Shown: positions 24,534-37,567, counted from the stretch's first letter. The stretch is DNA of 64,000 nt from Blepharisma stoltei ATCC 30299 (GCA_965603825.1 CBFDEM010000013.1:496001-560000); one strand, 5' to 3'. The notes: generated by a model from the letters alone, not told the origin. Translations and numbers: made by a program.

Positions 24534-25076
24534 ATGTCAAACGAGCTTCTCAATCCTTGGGTATTCTGGTTCTTCTCAGTCCCTAAATGTACAAATAAAG
24601 ACTGGGCTTTGTGCTATGAGCAGTCATTAGTCCCGCTTTGCGAAATCAAATCAATCGAAGAATTTTTCAACGCCTACTGTTATCTTGAACGCGCAAGCGC
24701 ATTAGCTAGAAATTGAAACTTATGCTTATTCAGACAAGGAAAAAAACCAATGTGAGAGTCATCCCCTGACGGAGGCTGCTGGATTTTAAGAACCCAAAAA
24801 TGGGAAAATGAGTCTGACTCTTATTGGGAGAGGCTACTTATAGAGTGCATTCGTGGAGGGTTTCCAGATGAAGTTGATGGAATAGTGGCTTCTTCTAAGC
24901 CAAATGAGGTGTATATTCAAATTTGGATGAGCAACGCACACAATTCACAAACTAAAATAGCTGAGAGCATCAAAAATTGTTTAGGACTCAGCTCAGCACA
25001 TATGCTGCTGAAATACCATAAAGAGAGTATGATAGACATGTCAACCTTTAAGAACGCTAAACTTGTCAAAGTGTAA
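24534..25076 (+). CDS. eIF4E-family cap-binding protein, non-canonical (~180 aa)
   Basis: WVFWF, SIEEFF, LFRQGKKPMWE (W=TGA 24753), GGCW, WERLL, IQIW; joined through TGA 24714 and 24753. Confidence 0.9.
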
Positions 25077-25106
25077 TTAATTGATTTTTCAAAAAATTTA
25101 ATAAAA

Positions 25107-27083
25107 ATGAACTCAAGTCGAGGGACTCAAAGTCCTATTAATATATCCCGAAGCTCAGTTGCTGAGTCTATAAACAGCTCACGATCGTTAATTAATAGCT
25201 TAATATCTCAATCTCCTCCACATTCAAGAACTCATCAGTCTAATTCTTCGCATATTTTCACAATCCCTTACACCTTAACTAAAACTTTTACCTCAAATTC
25301 CCTTAGCCCATCAGTATTAAACGTCAATCCAAACAATGATGATTTGCCTAGCATTAAAGAAGAGCAATCTATAATTGCTGATCAATTTCAACGCCCTCAT
25401 CATTCTAAGAGGAATAATCAGTTACCTCAGCTCAATTCTGTCAGAAGTATGCCAAATTTTCATACAGAAAGATATGAAGATATTACTATCCCTATGAGAA
25501 TTCTATATGGAATTGTAGAAATTTATGGGGTTGGGTTTAGTTTGTCAAGTAAAACTGGATATGGAAACCCATTGGGGGTTGGAATTTTTATTACAAAAAA
25601 TTTGATTTTAACTGCAAATTCAGCAATCCCTGATGAAATTTCAGCATCAAGGTGCTTTTATCTGCTCACCATGAATAAACAGGAAAAATGCCTATTTGAT
25701 AGCAGGTCTTTTTTTTATACAAATAGAGGGCTTGATTTTACAATAATCGGGGTTGCGAATAACCGAATAGAAAATTCTGTCATAGAAATAAGGGATAATT
25801 TCAGCTTAAAAGACGCTGATAATATTATTTATTGAAATGCTGGAGTAGTTACAAAATTAGTTACAGGGATTGATGACTCTATTTTTAGCTATATGGCAGG
25901 CGGCTATGTCGCACCTGGTATGCCGATTTTTGATTTAAACTGAAAACTGCAAGGAATTCATCATGCTTCTATAGCAGCTTATAGATTTAATCAGGGAACA
26001 AGAATTGATATGATAATTAAGACACTTTGTAGTGTTAAAAATATCTCCAGCAATTTTGAGCTAAATAAGCTACTTATTGAATACTCAAAGAAATTCCATA
26101 TGAATTTGAATAGAAATAAGGGAATTTTCGATGAAGGAAAATATATGTATTATTTTAAAGGTGGAAATAGAAATATATATCGATATGAAATTCCGACCCA
26201 AAAATGATCCCAAGTCAAAGTATCAAACCTCGAGCAGTTTTTGACACAGGAAACTCTTAATTGGAAATTTAATTTGAACAGCAGATTGGTATATATTCCT
26301 GATGGCAGCATTATAGTAATTGGTGGAATTGGCTCTGATGTAAATTCTTCAAAAGCTGATGTATACCATTTTAACACAGATAATAATGAACTTTATAGAA
26401 GATCATCAATGCTTGAACGAAGAGAAGGCCCAGCTGTTATTTATAGACAGAGATATGTATATGTTGTAGGCGGAAAATATAGTTACAATACATGTGAAAA
26501 ATTCTCACTTGATAATGATTCGTGAAGTTATATAGCACCTATGATATATGGACGATTTGAGCCCACAGCAATAATTGTAGATTCAGAAAAATATTTATAC
26601 GTTCTTGGAGGCTATCCTTTAGAATCTTCAGGAAAAAGCGTTGAAAGATACTATTTCGTCGAAGATCGTTGAGAGAAGCTAAATATTGCATTACCTTCTC
26701 CTTTAATCCATGTTGCCTTATTTCCAGTTTCCCTTACAAAATTTGCAATTCTTGGAGGATTAAATTCCAGATCAGTCAGAATTTTTGAAATAATTAAGCC
26801 ACATTTAGAATATGAAGGATCTAGTAGTCAGGATGAAATTTTTAAAGTTTATGACACAGATAGACTCCCAAGCGATATTGAAACTACATTTCCGATGGTT
26901 TTTTATAAAGCAGAAAACAAAGTTTATTTCATAAAATCGACAAATGAAGAGTCTCCTGAAATTTTTAGCTATAATTATAATATCTTTTTAACTGGACCAG
27001 TTAATAAACCACTTGAACATAGAAGAAGAACGGTTTTCCCGACTATGAGAAAGGCTACACAATTCGCTGTGAAAATGAAATAA
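25107..27083 (+). CDS. Degenerate trypsin-like peptidase domain plus kelch repeats (~658 aa)
   Basis: Continuous frame through five TGAs; GVGIFITKNLILTANSAIP, GLDFTIIG, PGMPIFDLNWKLQGIHH; kelch units IIVIGG, VYVVGG, LYVLGG, FAILGG. Confidence 0.85.
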
Positions 27084-27139
27084 TTTAATGGAATTTATAA
27101 ATTTTCTTAAATAATATCAAAATATACGTTTTTTATAAA

Positions 27140-27973
27140 ATGTGGGGAAGCTTATTTTTCCTAGCTCTTATAAGCTTTGTGGTCTCCTCAATCATAACTT
27201 TACCACACATTCTAGCACATCTTGCCCATTTCAATAAGCCAGAATTTCAAAATAACATATGCAAAATCTTAATCCTGGTCCTGTTTATTTCCTTATCAAA
27301 CCTGACAAACACCTTATCATTTGAAATTCTCAGATTTACCTTTATGCTTATTTCAAGCCTTTATACATGCTACATCGTCTACTGTTTTCTTGAACTCGTC
27401 ATAAAATACACAGGTAGTGAATCAAAGCTTCTGATCAACTTAGAAATGAAAGACCAAGTCAAGTATCCATGGCCTTTATATCATATTTTTGGGAGTTTTA
27501 GACCGAGCTATAATTTTTTCAATATTGTTAAAGTGGGTCTCTACCAGTTCATGATTGTAAATTCGGCTTATTTGTTTTTCGCAAATTTTCTATCATTTAG
27601 TACCATTTATGAATTTTTAGGAATTTCTGCTATTTTTGCTTTGGTTTGCTTTTCATTGCTTTATAATATTGTTGAAGATCTCATAGAAACCTTTAACGCT
27701 CCAGTAAAATTTATATGTATTATCGGGGTCGTTATTTTGCCAGCCCTCCAAAAAAGTGTTTTTGGGATGTTAAATAGTGAAATCTCCAAAAGTATTGAGG
27801 TAATATTGCTTAGTGTAGAAATGATAGCATTTTCTATGCTAAATAGATATGCTTTTAATTACGAAGAGTTACAAGACGATCTAAGTCCTATCTTGCAGCC
27901 AATAAAGAATTCAATTGTGCAGAATATAAAGTATCTGTTTACTTCAGAAAGCAAAAAGAGTTCTTTAATATAA
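27140..27973 (+). CDS. TMEM184/OST-alpha family membrane protein
   Basis: HLAHFNKPEFQ..ICKIL, YTCYIVY.F, KVGLYQF, KFICI, LLSVEM..AF.Y; about 7 hydrophobic segments. Confidence 0.82.
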   Translation: MWGSLFFLALISFVVSSIITLPHILAHLAHFNKPEFQNNICKILILVLFISLSNLTNTLSFEILRFTFMLISSLYTCYIVYCFLELVIKYTGSESKLLINLEMKDQVKYPWPLYHIFGSFRPSYNFFNIVKVGLYQFMIVNSAYLFFANFLSFSTIYEFLGISAIFALVCFSLLYNIVEDLIETFNAPVKFICIIGVVILPALQKSVFGMLNSEISKSIEVILLSVEMIAFSMLNRYAFNYEELQDDLSPILQPIKNSIVQNIKYLFTSESKKSSLI

Positions 27974-27994
27974 GTTTTTGATTCTTAATAATTT

Positions 27995-30217
27995 ATGGCA
28001 AAGGTCTTTATTGACAATATAAATACCTATATAGGGCAATCACTTCTTGAAGAGATTTTAAATCAAGACCCAGTGCCGAATATTTGTGCAACCCTAAATC
28101 CTTCGTTTCCTATAGGCTCATATCCAGGGATTTCAATTCTTGAAGTAACTTCCATATAGCGACATGATAATTTGTCATTTAATGCTGCTTTACTTGAATG
28201 CGACATAGTTATCTATGATATGCACACAGCAGATCTTAATGAGCTTCAAGACAAAGCCAAAATCATTGATGCTTATCATGCTGCTAAGCCCCGCACTCTT
28301 ATTGTAATTTCAAGTGTTATGACATGGGGTGCTACAATTCCTAAACAAGAAGAAATGACACCTGAAGACATTGAAGAGCTGAAAGAGCAGCTTGGAGAAG
28401 ACATTACAGAAGAAAATATCCCAAAATTCAAAACTGTGCCATATGAGGAATCTGATTACAAAAAAAGAAAAGCTCCAGAAAAATACAAAACATGGAAAGG
28501 AATTGAAACTTTAGTCCTTAGCATAGGCATGAATAAGCCTGATCTTAGCATCTATGTAATAGCAAGCGGAATTTTATATGGAAACGGCGAATGGCTCTTA
28601 AATTACCACTTTAGGTCTGCATGGCTCGAAAACCCTGAAGAGCTCCCCTATATCGGCTCAGGTGAAAATTTCATTCCAATGATCCACGTAAAAGATCTTG
28701 CTCGTAGCGTAAAATTTGTCCTCCAAACAAAGCCGCAAGTGCATTACATTTTTGGTATTGATAACGCTAAATCTCAGCTTCAAAAAGATCTAGTTTCTTC
28801 TATATCAAATGGTATTGGAACAGGCAAAATTCGTAGTGTCAGCTATGAATCGGTAAAAAACGAAGAATGGAGTGAAGCCTTTTGCCTTAATTGCAAGCTT
28901 AAGCCTTCGAAAGTTCTTTTACCTCCCCAGGAAGGTGAAGAGGAAGAAGAGGAAGAGGATGAAGAAGAGGAAGAAGGTGAAGAAGGCCAAGTGAGATTTA
29001 AAAAAGAAAAAAAAATCAAGCTTGAGTGGCACTGTTTAGAAGGTTTCCATGCCAATGTGCAGAAATTAAATGTCGAATTTAATGAAAATCGAGGACTGAA
29101 ACCAATAAAAGTTATGGTTACCGGCCCACCAGCGTCAGGAAAAAGCCATTTTTCCAAAAAATTGGCAAAATTTTATAACGTGCCGTGGATACATGTCGGG
29201 AGTGTAGTCAATGAGTTGATAAACATGCCAGGCGAATTCGGAGATGAAGTAAGAAAAGAGCTTGAAGAAATCAAAGAAACAATGCTAGATGAGCTAGAGC
29301 AAAATAAAAAAGAAGACGAAGTGATTGACCCAAATTCTGTAAAACCAAGAATTCCTGATAAAACTTTGATAAAAGGATTTAAACTAATATTGAAAAAAAA
29401 TCCATGCAGGAATAGGGGCTATGTGCTTGATGGGTGGCCTAAAAATTATGAACAAACTTGGAAACTTTTTAAGATAAAACCTCCGCCCAAAGAAGGAGAA
29501 GAGGAAGAAGAGGAAGATGAAGAAAATCCTGATGCTTCTAAACTAGTAGTGGATACGTCAATTTATGCTGAATCTCTGATCCTTTTTCAGGGTTCTGATG
29601 ATTTCTTGATAAATCGTGTAAAAGCTCTTCCAGAGTCCGCGATTGAAAATACGCATTATACCAATGTTGATATGAATAGGAGGTTAAAGGATTATCGAGT
29701 TTCTAATGAAGATCCATCTGGAAACCTGGCCGTAAAAGATTTTTTTATTGAAAACTCAACTGATATTTTCCCTATAGATTGCAGTACCTCAGAAAACGAT
29801 ACCTTTGAAAGCATGAAAATTTATATTGAGAGGTTTGGAAGGCCTTTTAACTATCAAACTCATCAAGAAGAAGCAGAAAATAAAAGAATTAAAGAAATCG
29901 AAGAAAATATTGCTGCAAAGAATAAGAAAAAGGCAGAGCAAGAAAAGCGTGAAGAAGCTTTAGAGATTGACGCTAGAAAAAAAAGAGAAAAGCAAGCTAA
30001 AGAAACAGTGGACAAAATGCATTCAGATGAAAGACAATTATTAGAAGAAAGAGCACAGCCTTTGAAAAACTATTTACTAGATAATTTGCATGAAGTATTA
30101 GCCAAAGGACTAATAAAAGTCTGCAAAAAGGAAAGAGCTGACCCTATTGATTATTTAGCAAAATACCTCTTCAAGCACGGCGACGAAGTTCCCCATCCCG
30201 ATCCATCTCTTTATTAA
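27995..30217 (+). CDS. AK7: Adenylate kinase 7 (~735 aa), one 15-nt intron
   Basis: Rossmann-like N-terminus (ISSVMTW, IPMIHVKDLA), GPPASGKS P-loop, CRNRGYVLDGWP, C-terminal Dpy-30 motif (DPIDYLAKYL). Confidence 0.92.
28145..28159 (+). other. 15-nt intron (AK7)
   Basis: GTAACTTCCATATAG; retention creates an in-frame TAG. Confidence 0.9.
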
Positions 30218-30234
30218 CTTAAAATTAGATAAAA

Positions 30235-30564
30235 ATGAACTCTAGGATTTTTAGATTCTTTTCTCAGTTGAAATTCCCACCGACCTACCCTGAGGACCTT
30301 TCAGCCTTCAAAAGGATGGTTTATTACAGATGTACAAGGGCCGGCATAAAAGAGGTGGAATACATCTTGAAAGAGTGGGCTGACTTAAACTTGGAACAAA
30401 TGAATAGAGAGCAGCTCATCCAATTCCAAGATGAAGTTTTGAATACAGAGACTCCCGAATTACTGAAAATCTTGATGGGACAATCTGAGCATCAAGACAA
30501 ATTTTATTTGGTAAATTTGAGAAATTACGTGGAAAGTAAACTTAATTCACAGTCTAATCCATAA
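30235..30564 (+). CDS. SDHAF2: Succinate dehydrogenase assembly factor 2 (Sdh5/SdhE family)
   Basis: Presequence-like start; KRMVYYRCTRAGIKEVEYIL is a variant of the RGxxE motif; LN.ETPELLK. Confidence 0.75.
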   Translation: MNSRIFRFFSQLKFPPTYPEDLSAFKRMVYYRCTRAGIKEVEYILKEWADLNLEQMNREQLIQFQDEVLNTETPELLKILMGQSEHQDKFYLVNLRNYVESKLNSQSNP

Positions 30565-30577
30565 TTTAAGACTTAAT

Positions 30578-31273
30578 ATGAGCTTTTATAACAAATACGT
30601 AGGAGGTGGAAAGCAAAGTAGGCAGCAGATTAATGATATGGATATTTTAGATATTCTAGACCCTGATGCGACTGGATTTATTGATTGTGAAGATATTGTA
30701 AAAATTATTTAGAAAGCTTTGAGAGGAAACTTGCCTGAAAAATTGCAAGATAAAGTTGCCGAAATTTTAAAAAATTTTGTATTCGAATTCAGATCATTTC
30801 GAATGCCTTGCGATTTATTCATGGAATACTACAAACCTGCCTCAAATAGTAGGAAAAAAACTCCTAGAAAAGTATCCTGCACTTTAAATTCGTTAAATTC
30901 CACTCGAAAAAGTTTAGATTCAAGCTCTGATAATCTGTTCAGAACTACATCCATATACAAAACAAGTATAATGAGCTCTAATGATTCAGTTGGAGCAAGA
31001 AGAAGTAGCTTATCGCCTAAGAAAATTCGAACATACACTGAGCTATATGAAAAGAAAAAAGAGAATGAAAAGCAAACCTTCCAAAGATCAAGCTTATTAT
31101 TTGATAAAATTGATCAAAAATTGAACAAAAACAGATTTTTCTCACAAGGCAGCTTTATTGAAAATAATTCGGTTATTATTCATCATAAGAGTTTTGCAAC
31201 AAAATTTGCAAATGTTGAAGCTCTTATGGAGATAAGAAGACAGCATTTAAGATATTCTTCAATGAAATCATAG
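30578..31273 (+). CDS. EF-hand-containing protein (~226 aa), one 15-nt intron
   Basis: ATG 30578; EF loop DPDATGFIDCEDI continues KALRG after removing intron 30698-30712. Confidence 0.8.
30698..30712 (+). other. 15-nt intron
   Basis: GTAAAAATTATTTAG; retention creates an in-frame TAG. Confidence 0.88.
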
Positions 31274-31405
31274 TAATTAATATTCGCTTTCGAATAATCA
31301 TAACTTACACTTTCCATTAGGCTTGATATAATTGCTGTTAAAAGCACCAGTTTCAAGCTATGTCAATATAAAATAAAAATTAAAGTCAATTATCCTAAAA
31401 TTTTA

Positions 31406-32503
31406 TTATTCTTTAGACAAGCTTAAAGCTACCTGTGAATTGACCAAACTTTGTAAACGCAGCCTATAGCTAATTGACTGTAATTTCATTAAATCCTGCA
31501 CATCTTTTATCAATTTTGCCTTCAATTCCAGCTTATCACATTGAAGTTTTATCATTTTGTTCAATACATTATCAATCTGTACATCTTCTTGAATTTTAAT
31601 TTCTTTTGCTCTTTCTATAGCTTTTTCAATGTCAATATTCTGCTGAATATCAACTAGTTTCTGTGTAGCTGGGAAGTTGTAATCGCACTGTCTTTGATTT
31701 TCCATTTCCATTAAATCTCTAACGGGGATTTCTAAATATTTTTTTATACATTCAGATTTTTCTTTTCCTACTTCTTCAGATATAGCATCCCAGTCTTCAT
31801 TGTGCTTTTCTAACGCTCTTAAGAGTTTTATAAAGCTTTCTTGGTCCCAATCAGCCCCTTTTCCTAATGCAGCATAATTATAATGACTTAATAAATCCTC
31901 TTTTTGAAAATTTTCTTGATTCAATTCAGATGGGAAGTTGCCTTGCTCATAACAGTCAGAGCACAAGCAAAAATCCATATTCTTAAACCAAACAACCCCA
32001 CAAATATTCCCACAAAATTCGCAATAAGGACGTCCAAGCTCAAATAATCTCTTTTTAGGGTAAGAAATATGTCCAGGTCACGCCAAGTCTTTTGAAGCCT
32101 CTGGATAAGGCTTTGGGGCAAAAAAGTTTATTAATCCCCAATGCTCTAGAAATGCATGCAAACGAATTATAGCGGGAGCATCGCCAGTGAGAACACGTCT
32201 ACAGTGAGTTGCGGATAGATAGCCTGTTGGCTTGTCTCGATAAAGTTTTATTATATAATTGCGATATGTGAGATAAACCTGTGGGGTTTTTGATGGATAT
32301 TTTCCATTAAAAAATTCCTTCATAGAGTCAATTTCTATTTGATGGATGCTTAAAGGGTCAAACCAAGCAGCACAGCTGGGGATTGTAGCGGGCGGAAGGG
32401 TAGATTGAGGAGAGAGAAAAGGGAACTGTGACTGTAGAGAAAGATCAGAAACTATGGAATAGCCATCTTCTTCTTTTTTAAGAGTTAAAGTGAGCTCGGC
32501 CAT
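31406..32503 (-). CDS. SWI3/SMARCC-type SWI/SNF subunit (SWIRM, ZZ-like, SANT; ~365 aa)
   Basis: [40 protein letters not shown]; [13 protein letters not shown]; W...[20 protein letters not shown]; joined through TGA 32078. Confidence 0.92.
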
Positions 32504-33140
32504 TATGGAAAATTATTAAAAGGATGAATTACAAATTTTCATTGCTTAAGCAATTATTTATTAGATTTGGAATTGATTCAATAAATTATGAGTTTAATTT
32601 CTATCAATTTTATTATGGAATTTCTTTGCTTAAATAAGATGTTGATTTTTCTTTTCACTTTTTTAAAGAGACGGTTTACCTTAGAAACTATTATAAATAT
32701 AGTTAAAAAAATGAATCATTAGAATGATAAGAACCTTTATAGTTAAATAATAAATGCAATTTCTTATTCTTTTGATAAAGATTTTTCTCCGCCTTATTCA
32801 TACAAATATCAATAAAAACTTTTAAGTCTAAGGTTTATTTATTAAGCTAATAAGCTTTTCGCGAACTTCACTTTCTCTAATCTTTAAACAGGCGATTTCT
32901 TCTCCATTAACTCTGATTACTGGGACTTTTTGTTTGTATTGTCTAAGAAGAGAAGAATCTGAGTCAATAGGCTTTAAGGAATATGTAAGATTTAATTGTT
33001 TTGTGACTCTTGAAAGTATAAAATTTGCTGCATGGCATGGAGCACTAAATATTGTTTACCAGCATCTTTTGACTAAAAGCTCAATATTAATCATATATCA
33101 TATGAAAATATAAATTTTGAAGTTATATTTAAATTTCTGA

Positions 33141-34930
33141 TTACATCAATTTTATAATTTTCTTTTCAGTCAGACTAAATGAATGATAAGACTTAAATCC
33201 CAAGCATCCAATATAAATTGATCCATTATTATAAATCCAATTTACTTGATTTGGATAGCTTTCTTTAACTCCTGTTTTATTCAACCTTTTCCACACACTT
33301 TCATCTCCTATTTCACTTTCATATATACCTCCACTGCATTCTATCAAGTACAATCTTTCAATCCCATTTATCAAAATTTTCTTTTTTCCTTTTGAGCAAT
33401 TAATGTCAATTCTTGTATAAAAATTTGGCTTAACGTTATATCTCCATATTTCATCACTTTGAAACCCAGAAATTAGAATATGTTTATTATATACAATAGA
33501 CGCACATTTATAGTCTGCATGTGGCAAAGGGTCCAGATTAAACCATACATTTTTTTAAAAATCGAATCTGCTTGCTAAAGGTATACAAAATTTCTCACTA
33601 ATTTTACCACCAAAACAGTAAACAGAATCATCATAAAAAACCGCTGACGAAAACCAGCATGGCACTCCGTCTGGTAAAGCCTTCGAATTCCAATAAGCAT
33701 CTTCAAGATCTATTATGCAGGCAGCCCCGGTCATAGGATCGTAATTTCCATAACAAAATAATTTCTTTCCAGGAAGCGGCGCTATGCAAGTATTACGATG
33801 AAGAAGTTCGGGTGTATCTATGGATTCGTATCAGGGCAAAGATTTTTAGTATCAAAAATTTCCAATTTAGCCCCTTCAGCATTTTCATTTTCTCTATCTT
33901 TTCTATCAATTAAATATAGGAATCTCTCTGAGTGTAAATTAAAATATTTAACATTTTCGCTAACTCTGCTGTATTCTGATCTATAATTCTCATAAATATT
34001 TTTAATTCCATCGTTGGAATCAAGAAGCCATTTTCAATCATTATTATATAAAATGGTGAACCTTTTAAAATCTTGGTCAATTTTTCGAGTGTCTATATCA
34101 GGATCTTGACAATGGTTTAGAGCTTGCCTTTGAAAAGTGGACAGATCTGTAATTTTGTCTTTTATTTCTAGATATTTGAGATTTAGCTTGCTTTTTAAAT
34201 CATTAGTAGTGTCTTCTTGCATTTTTACTTTGTCGTTGATCTCATTAATTATTCTAAAAATTTCATCAAAATTATCTATATTAGGATTGGAAACTGGCCT
34301 CTCTTCTTTTCATTTTTCTATTTTTGGGCTTAAAAAGCTTTCATAAATTTTCTGTTCAAAAGAGTGTAATTTTTCATCAAGAGCAGCTGGAAGATAATTT
34401 TTAATAAAAGAATTCACCATTTCTTCTATATCTGATCTCCACTCGGAGAATAGTTTTAAATTTTTTTCAAACTTTTGTTTTTGAGGTACTGATTTTTTAA
34501 TAACTTTTAATGCTTCTTCAGAGTCTAATAGCAAGCTTTGCATCAATTCATCTGCTTCAAATATTGAGATATTATTAGCACTAGAGATTTTATTTTCAAT
34601 GATATCAATTAATCCTATCTCTTCGTCAATTTTTTGGAAATGTAGACATAAATCGGCTTCAGAATTTTTGATATTTTGGCTCAAAAAATTCATAATCTCT
34701 GATTTATTTTTTTCTCTTGCTAATTTTTCCTCTTTAAGAAAATCTAATACTGCGTTTTTGGCTTTCTTGTTGGGCTCTTTTGCAGCACTATTAATTTGAT
34801 GGCTTAAGGTTGCATTATTTAAATGATTTGATAGGTGATCTTGGCAGATATAAGTATTTTGGAGAGTGCATTGGCAAAGATATATAGTTGGCCTTGTGCA
34901 GCCAGGCTCACAACAATTATTTTCTTGCAT
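33141..34930 (-). pseudogene. Zn-ribbon/B-box-like + coiled-coil + kelch-like gene, disrupted
   Basis: N-terminal CCEPGC..LCQC..ICQDHLSNH; propeller part TCIAPLPGKKLFCYGN..VYCFGG; frameshift near 33835-33840 and in-frame TAA at 33555-33557; assembly error not excluded. Confidence 0.72.
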
Positions 34931-35428
34931 TAAGTATTATTGTAGAATTGTAATTGAATAAACCAATATGATTTTTATAAAATAAAATTCTGAAATTTTG
35001 GGAAATAAGAAAGGAAATTAGGATAATTATTGATAAAGTAACATAAGATTTTTTAAGTTTATTCTGATTTATTCGTTTTAATTTTGGTGTTAAAGTTAAA
35101 GTAATTTTAAGCGAGGTACCAAAATTCTTGAGCACTAATATTTTAAAGACTAATTATTGATAATTGATTATCTCTGAGGCGCTTAACTGAAAATTTCTGA
35201 TCCGATATGCATTTAAATGGAAAAATATATTACCAATGAAAGTTATTGAAAATTAATTAAATTATTTCATGATATTCTCATAATATTCTCTTTCCCTTTT
35301 GCTGGCAACTCCTTAAGGCTTTTTAACTAATTAAAATTAAAATTAAAATTTATAAGAATTTAAAATATTAGAGCATTAAGCTTCATAATTTTTTATTTAT
35401 TCTTAATAATCGGTGCGATTAATTATAA

Positions 35429-35920
35429 ATGTCCCAAGGTCGACTATTTGGCTCAGATGTATTTGACCCAAAATTCATAATAATCCAAATCTTATCCTTG
35501 CAAGCAATTTACTATTCCTCATCTTGTGCATTTACAGTTCTATTCGACCAACTTCTGGGGCTAAATATCCACATCTCTCAAATTTTTAGCACATCTGTCC
35601 TAAATCTTCAAGACGCTTATAGCTTGGCAAGTGTTTTAGCCTGTATTTTGGTTTCTTTTATATTGATTATTAGTATCGTTTTAATTGTGGAACGTGCTAG
35701 CAAATGTTTAGATTTTGGCTCAACAATTTTAATTTTGCACGTAGTTTGCGTGACTTTTTATGAAGGATTTCCTACAAATTTAATATGATGGGGATTGAAT
35801 CTTGTGGCGTTTTTTGTTATTGTCATTGTGAGCGAATTTTTGTGCATTAAGATTGAACAAAAAGAAATTTCATTGACATGGATTGATAAAAAAAATGAAA
35901 AGAAGCAGGCACTTCCTTAG
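35429..35920 (+). CDS. SYS1: SYS1 Golgi membrane protein (~163 aa)
   Basis: FDPKFIIIQILSLQAIYY, VERASKCLDF, FPTNLIWW (first W=TGA 35786), SEFLCIKIEQKEI; ends TAG. Confidence 0.92.
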
Positions 35921-36253
35921 TAAAATAATAATATTATAATTGTTAATAAGACTTTTGCAATAAAAAGCAGATATCCCGGAAAAAGAGTCGGTTCTTGATT
36001 AAATATAATCTGAGAAGAGAGATTAATTCAATATAATAAATATAAATTTAACAATTAAATATGAAATATAGTAATAATATGAAAAATAAGCTAGAGGCAA
36101 ATAGTCAATCTTAGTATTGAGATTTCAAATAAATTCAATTAAATTTGATATATGCGATTTGATTTCTCTAGAATTAAGATTATCAGTCTCTTTCAAAGGA
36201 TCATAAGTGTGCGTAGTTGGTCAGATTCAGTTTCCATTACATAAATTTAAATT

Positions 36254-37567
36254 TTAATTTATTAAAAGTTTGCTGGAGCATAATTCTTTATTTTTCAAAT
36301 TAAACTGAACAAGATTCCAATCAGTAGTAATAAAATAAAAGCAATCTTCATGAAGCAATACATATGAACGGCAAGGATATCCTTCTGCTATCATATCAGC
36401 ATTCCCAATTAATGTTCATTCATTGATATTATTTAAGCCACTCTCATAATAACTTCTATTGTGCTCAATTATATATGCTTTATTTGGAGTAGCCAAACAA
36501 GTTTTTCCAGTGCAATTAGATAGTGCGACCGGAATAGTTGAAAACTTATTTCCCAAAATGTTATATTTTGATATAAACTGAGACTCAAAACCTCCTATTA
36601 TTATATCTCCATTTAAAAACGCGCAAGAAATATATCTGTTATTGTATATTTGATACGGAGCAAGCGTGCTTCAATTGTTCATTTTAAGTGAAAATGAAGC
36701 TGAAATGTGCTCAGTTCCTCCAAATAAATACACAAAATCGCCAACTTCTATAAGGCCTGCATAACTGCTAAATTTTGAAGAGTTCAAATGGATAATGGAA
36801 TTTGAAGGGGTTATAATGAAGCTTTGTGATGAGAATAAACAAAAAATAGAACCATCATTTAGCAAACAAGTTGTGCTATTCCATTTTATAGTGAGATTTT
36901 TTAATTCTGAGCAAAAGGTCATTACATCGAGGTCATATAGTTCTTTATTTATAAAATATTTAATTACAGGCTGAGTATTTCCCTTTGTTTTTGGTTTAAA
37001 TTCTTTGAAGTTTTTTCAATGAAATACCCTTTTATGATCTTTTACAGCAAAAAGATTTGTGAAGTGTCCATCAAAATTCTCATTATAGACTATAACTATA
37101 TTTTCATCAGTGTATTTTATTTTTTTCGCTTCTTCAGAAGATAATTTTAGTAATGACTCAATAAAGCTTAGATCGTGCAAATTATTAATTTCTTCTAGAG
37201 AATTTATATGATAGATATATTTGTCTGCTTTTTTCTCTATTAATGAAAGTTTCTCCAAAGATGTTTTTGCTGCATCATTTATTTACTTTATTAGTGATGA
37301 TGATTCTTGGATAATTTTTAGCTGGCTTTCCTTTATTTGAAATTTAATATCTTTAAAGAGCTTTGAAATAATCATTTTTGTGTCAGGATCAGGGATAATT
37401 ATTAGTTTAGTGAAATGATGATTTCCGGATAATTCTCCATGAGCACCACAATGGTCCAAGCATAATAATGCATTTTTGCTATTGCAATCGCACATATAAA
37501 TTGGTTTATTTTGGCAATTCATAGAGCAGGCTAAAAATTCGTCCGTACTTTTCTCTTCCAAGCCCAT
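36254..37567 (-). pseudogene. Zn-ribbon + kelch-like gene with a single premature TAA
   Basis: 438-codon frame otherwise intact with TGA=W; TAA at 37283-37285 where the neighbouring paralog has CAA (LIK*IN vs LIKQIN). Confidence 0.7.

Noticed and set aside
28921-29525. Two PP.EGEEEEEEDEE tracts in AK7
   Set aside because: Low-complexity acidic linkers, ordinary for this family
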